Shown piece after piece: positions 1 through 9,154 of a stretch of 43,206 nt of DNA. The notes below the pieces were generated by a model, which did not search any database, had not been told where the DNA came from, and worked only from the letters and a program-made list of their open reading frames with translations. Each line of letters starts with the position of its first letter. The stretch's first letter is position 1. This stretch comes from an uncultured Gammaproteobacteria bacterium (GTDB taxonomy: Bacteria; Patescibacteriota; Patescibacteriia; UBA2591; UBA6264): positions 1-43,206 of the forward strand of contig CAZMJP010000003.1 of the NCBI GenBank assembly GCA_964566895.1, given 5' to 3'. Position numbers and translations under genes: made by a program.

Positions 1-1717
1 TTGTGGTCGGGGCTGTTCCTTGACAATTGTAAGTATTGACCACAATAACGCACCCGTTGCCCTCTTGACGATAACCTGTATTACACGTCCACTGACAACC
101 GCCGGCTGAACAAGTAGCCGTAGCATTCGGCGGAGCAGAACAAACATTACCGCAACTGCCGCAATTATTTAAATCAAATAATAAACTGACTTCGCACCCA
201 TTGGCCGAATTTGTGTCGCAATCAGCATAATTATCAGCACAACTTTCTATAACACATCCCCCAAAAGCGCTCCAAACCGGCGGATGAGTGTTTTGACAGA
301 CTCTAATTTGTTGACCAGCGCCATTAGCCACAGAACAACTTTGGATATCCTTATTGCCAATTTCACCCTCGGGATTAAGACAATGGTCTGGCTCGCAAGC
401 ATTGTCCCAGTCCCGATAACCATCGCCGCACTCCCAATCGCAAATGCCAAGAACGCAAAATGGCGTAGCGTTGGCCGGAACTCCTTCGCTCTCACTGCAA
501 ATATTGCCGCAAGCCCCACAATTATCTACGTCAGAACTTAAAGAGTGTTCGCATCCGTTATCCCAATTATAATCACAATTGCCATATGAACTATGACAAA
601 TCCAACCAAGACAAGCGGAATCGCAATCGGCATGAGTTCTGGATTCCTGATTTGTATCGCAAAATTCTCCGTAACCAAGAACATTGTCGCCACAATTAGA
701 CACCTCACCGGATGAAGTATAAGTATAAAGGTAATTATAAGGTCCGGCGTTGTCCGACTGCCCAGTAACTACGTCTTCAATTATCGTGTCTTCTACCCCC
801 TCTTCTCCGCTCGGAATAACCCCTCCCTTCCAAATAACCCCCCCCTCTCCATATTCCAAATTAACGGTTAAATTGTAATATAAACCCGTATAGGGCGGAT
901 CCTCTGGGACATAATATTGATAAATATGAGAACCGACAGGGTGCTCAAAAATAAAATTAGCCGGATTATAACAAGTATTGCTGCATTGGTAATTGGATTT
1001 ATTTGAATTGTTAGGACAACCGGCGCAAGGTCCCAAATCAGTATTAAATTTATTAATTGGATCAATCGGGAGAGATTTGCCTAAAGCCTTGGCTAAAGTA
1101 TTTTGCCAAGAAGGCCACTTACTGTTAGTCAACCCCGATATATATGTTCCCGCCCCTAAAACAGGGTATTTTTTATTTGTTTGATAATATTTCGCCAAAG
1201 CCGACGTTATCTCGTTTAAATCGTAAAAACGCAATAAATCCCGCCTCAACTCGTCTTTAACAGACTCGTCGCTAATATTGATATTAAATCGCCAACTGGC
1301 TAATAACTGATTATAAATTTTAATCGTTTCCGGCCGAGCTTTGTCATTGTAAGAAATAAGATAAATTCTGGCGTAAACTTCGGGGGAGGCGGTTTCTGGA
1401 TGTTGAACCTCTGTTGCTCCAACATAAACTGTCCGGCCCTCTTGAATAGCATAATATCCGTCAACGGTTAAATAAGTTGGGTTGCCCGGATTAGGCACAT
1501 TTTCCTTATACCAAACCAAAGGGCTTAAACGTCTCGGATTTTTGAGCACCTTTACTCCGATTGCATCTCCTAAATTACCAACTGGAAAAAGATACTCGAC
1601 AATCAAATCGTCCGTTGTCTGCGCCTTAATTTTTGAAATATCAAAAGGATTAAAAATTAAAAACGCAAAAATAGTCACTAAAATAACCAGGAATAACTTT
1701 TTTTTCAAATACGACAT
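1..1717 (-). CDS. Secreted cysteine-rich repeat protein. The 3' end lies beyond the window, so the gene is absent from the ORF track (no in-window stop).
   Basis: ATG at 1717..1715 gives MSYLKKKLFLVILVTIFAFLIFNPF.., which looks like a signal peptide. The frame stays open for 572 codons down to position 2. The C-terminal half carries repeated D-x-x-NCG-x-CGN-x-C and CGDN..EFCD motifs of bacterial Cys-rich disulfide repeats. It starts 7 nt after the stop of the giant gene. Confidence 0.8.
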   Translation of the reverse strand, partial: MSYLKKKLFLVILVTIFAFLIFNPFDISKIKAQTTDDLIVEYLFPVGNLGDAIGVKVLKNPRRLSPLVWYKENVPNPGNPTYLTVDGYYAIQEGRTVYVGATEVQHPETASPEVYARIYLISYNDKARPETIKIYNQLLASWRFNINISDESVKDELRRDLLRFYDLNEITSALAKYYQTNKKYPVLGAGTYISGLTNSKWPSWQNTLAKALGKSLPIDPINKFNTDLGPCAGCPNNSNKSNYQCSNTCYNPANFIFEHPVGSHIYQYYVPEDPPYTGLYYNLTVNLEYGEGGVIWKGGVIPSGEEGVEDTIIEDVVTGQSDNAGPYNYLYTYTSSGEVSNCGDNVLGYGEFCDTNQESRTHADCDSACLGWICHSSYGNCDYNWDNGCEHSLSSDVDNCGACGNICSESEGVPANATPFCVLGICDWECGDGYRDWDNACEPDHCLNPEGEIGNKDIQSCSVANGAGQQIRVCQNTHPPVWSAFGGCVIESCADNYADCDTNSANGCEVSLLFDLNNCGSCGNVCSAPPNATATCSAGGCQWTCNTGYRQEGNGCVIVVNTYNCQGTAPTT

Positions 1718-1724
1718 AATTAAC

Positions 1725-4700
1725 TTAGTAGGAATAATAATAATTATAATAATAAGGAGGAGAAATTTTCTCAAATGTTGTCGCCGAAGTTGTCTCAGAC
1801 CAATTAGAACAGCCTCCGCCATTACAGGCTCTAACACGATAATAATATTTTGTCTTAGGATATAATTTGGAAGTATCGTTATATAGTATAGTATCTCTAA
1901 CCGGGCTGGCTATTCCCTCCCAGTAATTTCTCTTTCTTTGTATTTCAAATTTTGTCTCATTATTGGAGTTGTCCGACCAAATTAAATCTATGCGATCGTA
2001 AGAAATTGCTGTGGCAAAAGCGTCAGACGGCGCGGCTGGCGGAAGCGGCTGTTCAATACAATAAAGACGATAATAATCAGAGCAAAAGGAATCACTTTTG
2101 TTAACTGCGCCTGAACTCAAATAAGAAGACCTGCCGTACTTGCCCTGTACTCCGCTGGCGGAGCTGGTCCATCCATTGCAATTATAATTTGGTACGTAGA
2201 CCCCGCTTGACTCAAATCCCGTCCAAACCATAAAATCATCAGGGCTAATCGTGTTATCCAGGTTAAAAGTAAACCAGGCCTTAGAATCAGTGGTATCAAT
2301 TAAGGTGGCGCCGTCGGCTCGATAATATTTTGTATAAGGCAGTAATATCGTTCCTATCCAATCTTGCCCATTTACTTGTCTTTGAAAAGTACCGATTAAC
2401 GCTCTCCATACTTTCCTCAAATCAGGATTATTGGCGTCGCTTTGGCACTTAGCGTCGGCTCCGCTCAATCCGCCTAAATTTCCGCTCCAAAAACTGCCAG
2501 TAACGAATATCCTTAAACCAGCTTCGATCTCGGCAACGCACTGATTACCTCTTTGATAAAACCCGGCATTGCAACCGGAAACAGCACAAACCCCCCAATC
2601 GCCCCAAGAGCCGTTGACTGAACAAGTTCTTACCCTTATCCCCGCTCCATTAGTTATTGAACACTCTTTAATCTCATTATCTCCGGGAGGACAAATAAAT
2701 GTTATTGTTGAACTTATCCGAGACCACTCAGAACAGCCAGTGACATTGCAAGATTTAAGTCGGTAGAAATATTCAATCCCGGAATTTAATCCTGTATCGC
2801 GGTAAGAAGTAATATTTTCCCCTACTCTAGCAACTTCACTCCAAGTAATCGTCCCGCCTCCGCCCGAAACAGCGGCAATATGGAAATCTTTGGAGGATTG
2901 CCCTGGAGATTCTTTAACGCCCCTTTCTATTATAAATTCTTCTTCAATATAAGAATTATCTATCCAGAAAATTTCCACTTGGTCGCCAGCCACAGCCGAA
3001 GCTTGAAGATTAGATGGGGACTGAATAATTCCCTTTCTAGGTAAATCCGGCAGCAATGGTTCGCCATCCCGACAATAGAAGAACATAAAATGGGTATCAA
3101 CGTCTTCATATTGCCAGGGGTTTTCACAAACAAAAACTTGAACTAGACCCTGGTTTGAATATTCTTTTCCAACGGTCCTCGGTTGGTTAATTCCATCAGT
3201 CGTTATTACGGCCGTTGCTTTAATTATTGACGAGCCGTTTTTATTTTGAGACTGGACTGAATTAATCTCCGAAGACTGGCTGTGACAGACGTTTTCAAGG
3301 CAATCCTGAGAAGCGCACTCATCGTCATTTTGGCAGCTCTCTCCGTCGTTTTTTCTGACTAATTTGGCTATCACCGAAACAGATGAATCCCACAACCATT
3401 CCCAATCATAAAGGCCAGCCAGTCCAATTATACTATTTCCATTTTTGTCCTGGCTCTCAGCCACGAAATCCGCCGTACTGTCTTTACGATAAAAAATGAC
3501 GGATTTCGGTGGGACAATGTCACTCGTTTCCGGATTAGATTCATTAGTCGCGGTTATTTTGACAGAGGACAACTGACAAACATCTTCCCCGGTAGTAAAA
3601 TTCCAATCAATGTCGCTCTCCGTGGGAATATTATATTTACTCTTAACTCCGTCTTCCCCCGCTTTTATTTTAACTCCATACTCCTGATTTTTCTCTAAGG
3701 CCTGCTTAGCCCATAATTCGACTCTCGTTTTATTCCCCTCATCAGGAGAGTCGCCTATTTCAATTTCCGTTATCTTTTCTAACCCCCTATATAATTCAAT
3801 TGTTTGATTATTAATGTTTTGGCTATCCATTTCTTGGTCAAAAACAGCGCTAATCAAGACATTACGGCAAACTTTGTCTTGTCCCCCGACCGGATTAACT
3901 TGAATCACTGTTGGTTTGGTTGCCACAATTAAATTTAAAAATCCGTTTGTTTGAGTATTGTCCGAAGAAGTGACTGTAGCCTGAATTTCTGTTTCACCCA
4001 AAGCCAAAGCTTTAGCCGCCACCTGGTCTGGTAAATCTATCTTGGGGACAATGACCGCAGCAAATTGGTTTGATGATTCCCAATCCCAAGTTATTCCGCC
4101 AACCAAAACCTGACAACTCGGCCCCATGGCCACAGCGTAGTAGTCTCGTGTTTTTGTCTCGGGATAAATTATTAAACCGACTTCCTCCCCTTTCGGCACA
4201 ACCTCATTGACCAGCACTCTTTCAGCCGAACAACTCCCTGCTTGTTCTCTGGTTTTAAAATACCATTGATAATCATCTATCGGAGAATCATCCCCTTGTC
4301 CATTTTTATTGCCGTCTAGTTGATAGCCATTTACATCTTTAATGCCCGTCTTCCCGCTTTTAAGAATCGCTTGATACCAATAATTCTGATCTAGAAGACT
4401 GTCGGGAGTAAATAAAAATCCGCGAGCTGTTATCGGTTTAGCCGGGTCAGTAGAAATCTCAATTAATGAAATCTTCCCTGAAATAACTACGCAGGACTCC
4501 GGATCAAAAATCTCATCCCCGGAGTTGCATTTTTCAATGATAATATTGGGGTGGTCCGACGAATCGTCTAAGTCAACCAAACTAATGGCGGCAATTTCTT
4601 TATCAAATCGGGCTGAAACACCGACGTTGGAACAAATATCTAAAGAACCGGGCCAAGGCGACGGACTTTGATAAGTTTCTAAACAAGTTTTATCTTCAAT

Positions 4701-7700
4701 CACCTGGGGCAATTTTATTAAATCCTCTGACTCGAGCAGAGAGGTGAAATACAAAGGATTGCTGACAACCCAATCCTGTTTGCAGGTTTGTCCCCAGTTG
4801 CCAAAACAATGACCGGCAAACAGAAATCCATCACAAGTCCGCTGGCAGCCGAGGGTAACCATTTTTTTCACAACTACATCTCCGCTAATTGTCTCCAAAG
4901 GCACAATAATATCATCAATTTCTCCATCGCTGTCCCAAGTTAAAGTTGTTGCTTCCTGATCTTTATTAAAAATGAGTTTTCTATCAGAGTCCCCTGCCCC
5001 GAGGTCAAATCTAATTCCCAAAATTGTCGCCGGAGAAAATCCTGGATATTCTTTTTCCGGGTTGATTGAACAAAGGGCCGGCGCCAGAGGATCCCGGTTA
5101 ACTTTCCAATTAAATAAATTGCTTAATACATTAGTTGCTGTTTTAAGATAGACCTGAATTTGATAATTGTCCCTGTCTTCGGGGACGGCCGGCAATTCTT
5201 CGGGAACCTCAACAATAACTTCAGTTTCGGTCCATTTTAAAGGGCAATAATCCGGTAAATCTCCGGCTAAATAATCAACAAGTCCGACCCTAAAATAAAC
5301 TTCGCCCGGTATTGAACCAAAATTTTTACCCCTGATTGTCACCCATGTTTTTTCCGCGCCCTTATCAGGACTAATACTAATAATAACCGGAGGTTTGTAA
5401 AACGAAACTAAATTGGAAGGTTTTAAAGGATTTCCAGTTTCAATCGGCGAGGGCACATAAACGGCTACTTCGGGTTTTGATTCTATCACCTCAGGCACAG
5501 TAATATTAATTTTGACATTAGACCAATTGTCTTCCTTTATTTCACTAATGGTTTGCGAGCCAAATCTAATATAACTATCTCCTTGAATATCTCCGAAATT
5601 CTCCCCAATAATGGAAACCGCTGTCCCTTTTTGGCCGTAATTTGGGCTAAGCTGACAAATGGCCGGATTAAAGGTATTATTAAGCCGAAAATCTAATTTA
5701 TTACTCTCCCCTTGAGACGGATCGATAATACTAACAGGATAATCGCTATACCCTAAAACCGGATCTACCCTCAATTTCTCGGGCACAATAGCCACAATTT
5801 CATTATTTGACCAGTTATCGCATCCTATTTCCGCCTGATAATCGCCGAATTTAACAAATTTGGATCCTGGGTAAGAACCAAAGTTCTGGCCACTAATGGT
5901 CACATAAGTGGGGATAAGGGGATCGTTCGTCCCTTGGTTCGGGCTAAGGTTAGTAATTATCGGCAAGTTGTATTCGCGAATAGTAAAGGGCACTCCATTG
6001 CTTGTGCCGACATCATTAATAACAACAACATTACCCGTTTGTGCTCCCGCGGGGACCAAGGCATCTTCTATTTTAGTTTCTGTCCAAGAACTATAATTGG
6101 CAACTTTCTCTGAATAAAATTTGACTTGATTGGACTCCGAACCGCTCCCCACAAATCTAATCCCTCTTAGATCTACCAACGTCTTCTTCGGAGAACCGAT
6201 ATTTGGGTTAAGAGAGAATAAACAAGGTCCGGTCGCCTCTCCATTACTATTAACAAAAAATTCCGCGGCTGAATTTGGCAAATCACTAGCCATCTCCCCC
6301 CCTGAACCACTATAAGTAATAGTCACCTGGGCTTGAGGTCGGTCTCCCTCTGAATAAGTTAAGGGGACCACGGTGGTGACATAATCTTTGGCATAACCAT
6401 TAATCTCCGCCTCAGTTGGATTTTCATTAAGAACGAACTCTAATTTAGACGGAAGAGCTGGTTGAAAAGACGTGCCGGTGAAACAAGATCCTTGAATGGT
6501 TATACATTCTCCCCTGCCTCCTTGTCCCGGCTCTAAAGAAGAAATCCAGGGAAGGCAAAGACAGTCTTCTAAACTTGAAGTAGTAAAATCCCAACTATGG
6601 CTTAACCTGGTTCCAATTCGGTCAATGATTAAATCAGTGCCGATGCTGATGCTATATTCAGCGTTATCCTGTAAATTATTTTCCGGGTTAAAGGAGAAAA
6701 CTCTAAAATCGTCGCTTTCTTCTCCCGGATCGACCACTCTAAAAACGCCTATTTTAGTTGATCCGTTCCAAATATCTATGACATATGGTCCGCCCATTAT
6801 AGCCGAAGGCCTCATTTTAATCTCAGGTGCGGGATTGAATCCAGGTCCGACAACAGTCATAGTCACCTCATAATTATACATAGAGGTATTAAAAACCAAA
6901 CTAATATCAGTATCAGAGCAAACGTCAACTCCTCTCGGGTTCCATGAACTAACTCCCGGAGCCCGATCATTAACCTGAAATTCCCATTCAACCGGACCGG
7001 CCATTTTATTCAGACAAAGGTCTTCAATATTCTCAATATGAACCCGATACCAAGTAAACGACTTTAGCAAATTATCGTCTTTCGGACTTAATCTAAAATC
7101 CTTATCCCCGTATATTACTTGCCAAAACTCGGGAGATAAAGTTTCAACTACTGCCCCATTCTCTCCGTCTAATTCCGCCAGCCAAACGTTTTCCGGAATC
7201 AAGTAGTCGCTTTCATTCATAATTGTAGTCGGATCAATTGGCTCGGAAAAACCAACCCTGATGCTCGGTTTGCGAGAAACATTTCTCTCCGGATAGTCTT
7301 CGTTTCCCGGATTAAAAATCGGACTGGTAGAAACAATTTCCGGCGGAACATTATCCACGGTTTCACCGGTGGTAAAATTCCAAACAAAATAGCTGGCTGT
7401 TTTTAAACAAGAGCCAGCTGCCTGACAATCTTGAAGCGTCCGGCCGCTTTTATCTAAAATTTGTTTGGGAAGATAAGCCGAATAAGAAGTGAAATTTTCG
7501 AAAAGTTCCGGATGTTTAAATATAACTACGTTATTTCTCGTCTGCCAGTTGCCGTCTAGTCTTTCGCTCAGGCAACTACCCCCGCCGGTTTGACATTCGG
7601 CTATTGTCACTCCTTCGCCGCCGGCCGGAGGATTGCATTTTTTCCCGTCAGCGGTTCCACCCAGGCAAACTTCGCTTTCAATTCTCAATTCATCGGCGTC

Positions 7701-8348
7701 GGCTAAATCTTGAATCTTATCGTTATTAACTCCTGAATTAAAAACCGGCTGGACGGCCGAACATAAATAAACGTCTCGGTGATAACTTTCCATTTCGCCG
7801 CCATGCGTGGTTTGAATTTTTGTAATCCTAAACTGATCAAACGAAGACGAACAGATAGTATCCGGGAGGCTACAGGTTTTATTTAGGCTACAACGCCAAC
7901 CTGGGGCGCAACATTGCCCGGCCGTGCATCCTCCCGGGCCCGGAGGAACCGGACCAACTATGCCGCCTAATTTGGAGATAATAAAACTAGCAATGGCGTA
8001 AGCGCTAACAACAATTAAAAGTCCGATTAAAGCATTAATAATAATTTTTTTTGCTTTATCTATCTTTTCAGGACTTCCGCCAGAAGTCATCCACATAAGC
8101 CCGCCGATAATAATAATAATAACGGCGATTAAGCCCAATAAACTTAGAATGATTCTGACAATTCTACCAATAATTTGCGGCAAACTCGCTTCTCCGTAGC
8201 CAGCCGTTGTCCTAAAATCCTCCAATAACCCGACGTCAAGCGTCTGCGCTTTGACTAAACTTAGATTGACAAAAAGACAAACAAATAGAGCAACAAAAAC
8301 AAAACCTAAAATGACAAAATAGATATTTTTTTTGTTTTTTGTAAACAT
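1725..8348 (-). CDS. Giant membrane-anchored multidomain surface protein (about 2207 aa from the ATG at 8348; the ORF track uses a TTG at 8363).
   Basis: The N-terminus has a signal/TM segment plus two TM helices resembling the TrbC/VirB2-type T4SS-pilin domain (..GGLMWMTSGGSPEKIDKAKKII..). It is followed by Cys-rich linkers and SbsA/Big-like Ig domains. At least 5 IPT/TIG repeats are present (e.g. IISISPDKGAEKTWVTIRGKNFG). The C-terminus has two FN3 domains (..IWSDNSNNETKFEIQRK..YYYRVRACN) flanking a DUF1554-like module (RIFVTGSFWSGNLGGLSGADAKCQ). Confidence 0.9.
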   Translation of the reverse strand: MFTKNKKNIYFVILGFVFVALFVCLFVNLSLVKAQTLDVGLLEDFRTTAGYGEASLPQIIGRIVRIILSLLGLIAVIIIIIGGLMWMTSGGSPEKIDKAKKIIINALIGLLIVVSAYAIASFIISKLGGIVGPVPPGPGGCTAGQCCAPGWRCSLNKTCSLPDTICSSSFDQFRITKIQTTHGGEMESYHRDVYLCSAVQPVFNSGVNNDKIQDLADADELRIESEVCLGGTADGKKCNPPAGGEGVTIAECQTGGGSCLSERLDGNWQTRNNVVIFKHPELFENFTSYSAYLPKQILDKSGRTLQDCQAAGSCLKTASYFVWNFTTGETVDNVPPEIVSTSPIFNPGNEDYPERNVSRKPSIRVGFSEPIDPTTIMNESDYLIPENVWLAELDGENGAVVETLSPEFWQVIYGDKDFRLSPKDDNLLKSFTWYRVHIENIEDLCLNKMAGPVEWEFQVNDRAPGVSSWNPRGVDVCSDTDISLVFNTSMYNYEVTMTVVGPGFNPAPEIKMRPSAIMGGPYVIDIWNGSTKIGVFRVVDPGEESDDFRVFSFNPENNLQDNAEYSISIGTDLIIDRIGTRLSHSWDFTTSSLEDCLCLPWISSLEPGQGGRGECITIQGSCFTGTSFQPALPSKLEFVLNENPTEAEINGYAKDYVTTVVPLTYSEGDRPQAQVTITYSGSGGEMASDLPNSAAEFFVNSNGEATGPCLFSLNPNIGSPKKTLVDLRGIRFVGSGSESNQVKFYSEKVANYSSWTETKIEDALVPAGAQTGNVVVINDVGTSNGVPFTIREYNLPIITNLSPNQGTNDPLIPTYVTISGQNFGSYPGSKFVKFGDYQAEIGCDNWSNNEIVAIVPEKLRVDPVLGYSDYPVSIIDPSQGESNKLDFRLNNTFNPAICQLSPNYGQKGTAVSIIGENFGDIQGDSYIRFGSQTISEIKEDNWSNVKINITVPEVIESKPEVAVYVPSPIETGNPLKPSNLVSFYKPPVIISISPDKGAEKTWVTIRGKNFGSIPGEVYFRVGLVDYLAGDLPDYCPLKWTETEVIVEVPEELPAVPEDRDNYQIQVYLKTATNVLSNLFNWKVNRDPLAPALCSINPEKEYPGFSPATILGIRFDLGAGDSDRKLIFNKDQEATTLTWDSDGEIDDIIVPLETISGDVVVKKMVTLGCQRTCDGFLFAGHCFGNWGQTCKQDWVVSNPLYFTSLLESEDLIKLPQVIEDKTCLETYQSPSPWPGSLDICSNVGVSARFDKEIAAISLVDLDDSSDHPNIIIEKCNSGDEIFDPESCVVISGKISLIEISTDPAKPITARGFLFTPDSLLDQNYWYQAILKSGKTGIKDVNGYQLDGNKNGQGDDSPIDDYQWYFKTREQAGSCSAERVLVNEVVPKGEEVGLIIYPETKTRDYYAVAMGPSCQVLVGGITWDWESSNQFAAVIVPKIDLPDQVAAKALALGETEIQATVTSSDNTQTNGFLNLIVATKPTVIQVNPVGGQDKVCRNVLISAVFDQEMDSQNINNQTIELYRGLEKITEIEIGDSPDEGNKTRVELWAKQALEKNQEYGVKIKAGEDGVKSKYNIPTESDIDWNFTTGEDVCQLSSVKITATNESNPETSDIVPPKSVIFYRKDSTADFVAESQDKNGNSIIGLAGLYDWEWLWDSSVSVIAKLVRKNDGESCQNDDECASQDCLENVCHSQSSEINSVQSQNKNGSSIIKATAVITTDGINQPRTVGKEYSNQGLVQVFVCENPWQYEDVDTHFMFFYCRDGEPLLPDLPRKGIIQSPSNLQASAVAGDQVEIFWIDNSYIEEEFIIERGVKESPGQSSKDFHIAAVSGGGGTITWSEVARVGENITSYRDTGLNSGIEYFYRLKSCNVTGCSEWSRISSTITFICPPGDNEIKECSITNGAGIRVRTCSVNGSWGDWGVCAVSGCNAGFYQRGNQCVAEIEAGLRIFVTGSFWSGNLGGLSGADAKCQSDANNPDLRKVWRALIGTFQRQVNGQDWIGTILLPYTKYYRADGATLIDTTDSKAWFTFNLDNTISPDDFMVWTGFESSGVYVPNYNCNGWTSSASGVQGKYGRSSYLSSGAVNKSDSFCSDYYRLYCIEQPLPPAAPSDAFATAISYDRIDLIWSDNSNNETKFEIQRKRNYWEGIASPVRDTILYNDTSKLYPKTKYYYRVRACNGGGCSNWSETTSATTFEKISPPYYYNYYYSY

Positions 8349-8359
8349 GGTTAAAATAT

Positions 8360-8815
8360 TCAATTGTTTAGCTCTTCTTGAACTATCTGATTGACTCGAT
8401 TTCCGTCCGCTCGTCCCTTAAGCCGACCCATCACCTGCCCCATAATTCGGCCTCTGTCTGGCGAACCCGATGTCTTGAGGTCTTTAATAACCTCAGAAAC
8501 TATTGTCCTTATTTTATCATCTGATAATTGTTCTGGCAAGTATTTTATCAACAACTCAAGTTCTTTTCTTTCCTTTTCTACTAAATCGGATCTTCCGCCC
8601 TTTTCGAACATTTCAACGGCTTCCCGGCGCTTTTTTACCTCTCTTTGAATCACCTCAACGGCTATCTCGTCGTTTAGCTCTTGTTTGCTGGGCCGCAATT
8701 CAATCTCTTTATTGTGAAGAGATGTTTTCAAAATACGCAAAACAGACAAAGATTCAACTCTTTTTTCCCGCAAAGCCTTTTTAAAATCTCTCTCTATTAT
8801 TTCCAAAATGCCCAT
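8360..8815 (-). CDS. yqeY: GatB/YqeY domain protein
   Basis: 151 aa with the typical YqeY pattern (..ALREKRVESLSVLRILKTSLHNKEIE.. ..MGRLKGRADGNRVNQIV..). It sits directly after rpsU, as in many bacteria. Confidence 0.8.
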   Translation of the reverse strand: MGILEIIERDFKKALREKRVESLSVLRILKTSLHNKEIELRPSKQELNDEIAVEVIQREVKKRREAVEMFEKGGRSDLVEKERKELELLIKYLPEQLSDDKIRTIVSEVIKDLKTSGSPDRGRIMGQVMGRLKGRADGNRVNQIVQEELNN

Positions 8816-8877
8816 ATTGCCTCGTTTCTCTGTTTTAATGACCCTCGCCTCATCGGCGAGTTCACCGCAGAGGCGGA

Positions 8878-9099
8878 TTATGATTTTACTTTGCCGATTT
8901 TTTTCAAATATATTAGCCTTTCTGAATGTTTTTTCCGTTCCAAAGCGTCCATTTTTTTCAACCCCCGGCTTTTTGGTTTAATATAAAATCTTGCCTTTTT
9001 ATATTGATTGACTATCCCTCTCCGTTTAACCTGCTCGGAAAACCTCCTTAAAAAGACATTTAAAGGCTCGTTTTGTTTTCTTTTTGCTTCAATAGCCAT
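8878..9099 (-). CDS. rpsU: 30S ribosomal protein S21
   Basis: The internal ATG at 9099 gives MAIEAKRKQNEPLNVFLRRFSEQVKRRGIVNQYKKARFYIKPKS.., which matches the S21 pattern (NEP..ALRRF..FYEKP). The track ORF begins 13 codons earlier at a less likely start. Confidence 0.85.
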   Translation of the reverse strand: MAIEAKRKQNEPLNVFLRRFSEQVKRRGIVNQYKKARFYIKPKSRGLKKMDALERKKHSERLIYLKKIGKVKS

Positions 9100-9154
9100 A
9101 GATGCTGATATTTTAACATAATAAAATAATTTTGACAATATCTCTGTCTACTTT

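Noticed and set aside
247-1865. Track ORFs 247..519(-), 284..541(+), 868..1065(-), 993..1184(+) and 1482..1865(+).
   Set aside because: All lie inside, antisense to, or out of frame with the uninterrupted 572-codon minus-strand frame (1..1717) or the 3' end of the giant gene. Their translations are low-complexity with no recognisable motifs.
1725-3020. The C-terminal lectin-like tip of the giant protein as the target of a diversity-generating retroelement.
   Set aside because: No reverse transcriptase gene is present in the window, and I could not identify a template-repeat / variable-repeat pair. It cannot be excluded if the DGR is encoded elsewhere.
2117-6873. Short ORFs nested in or antisense to the giant gene (2117..2299, 2569..2766, 5908..6096, 6130..6315, 6496..6873).
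   Set aside because: They are shadow ORFs of a 6.6-kb coding frame with strong domain evidence. There are no independent start signals.
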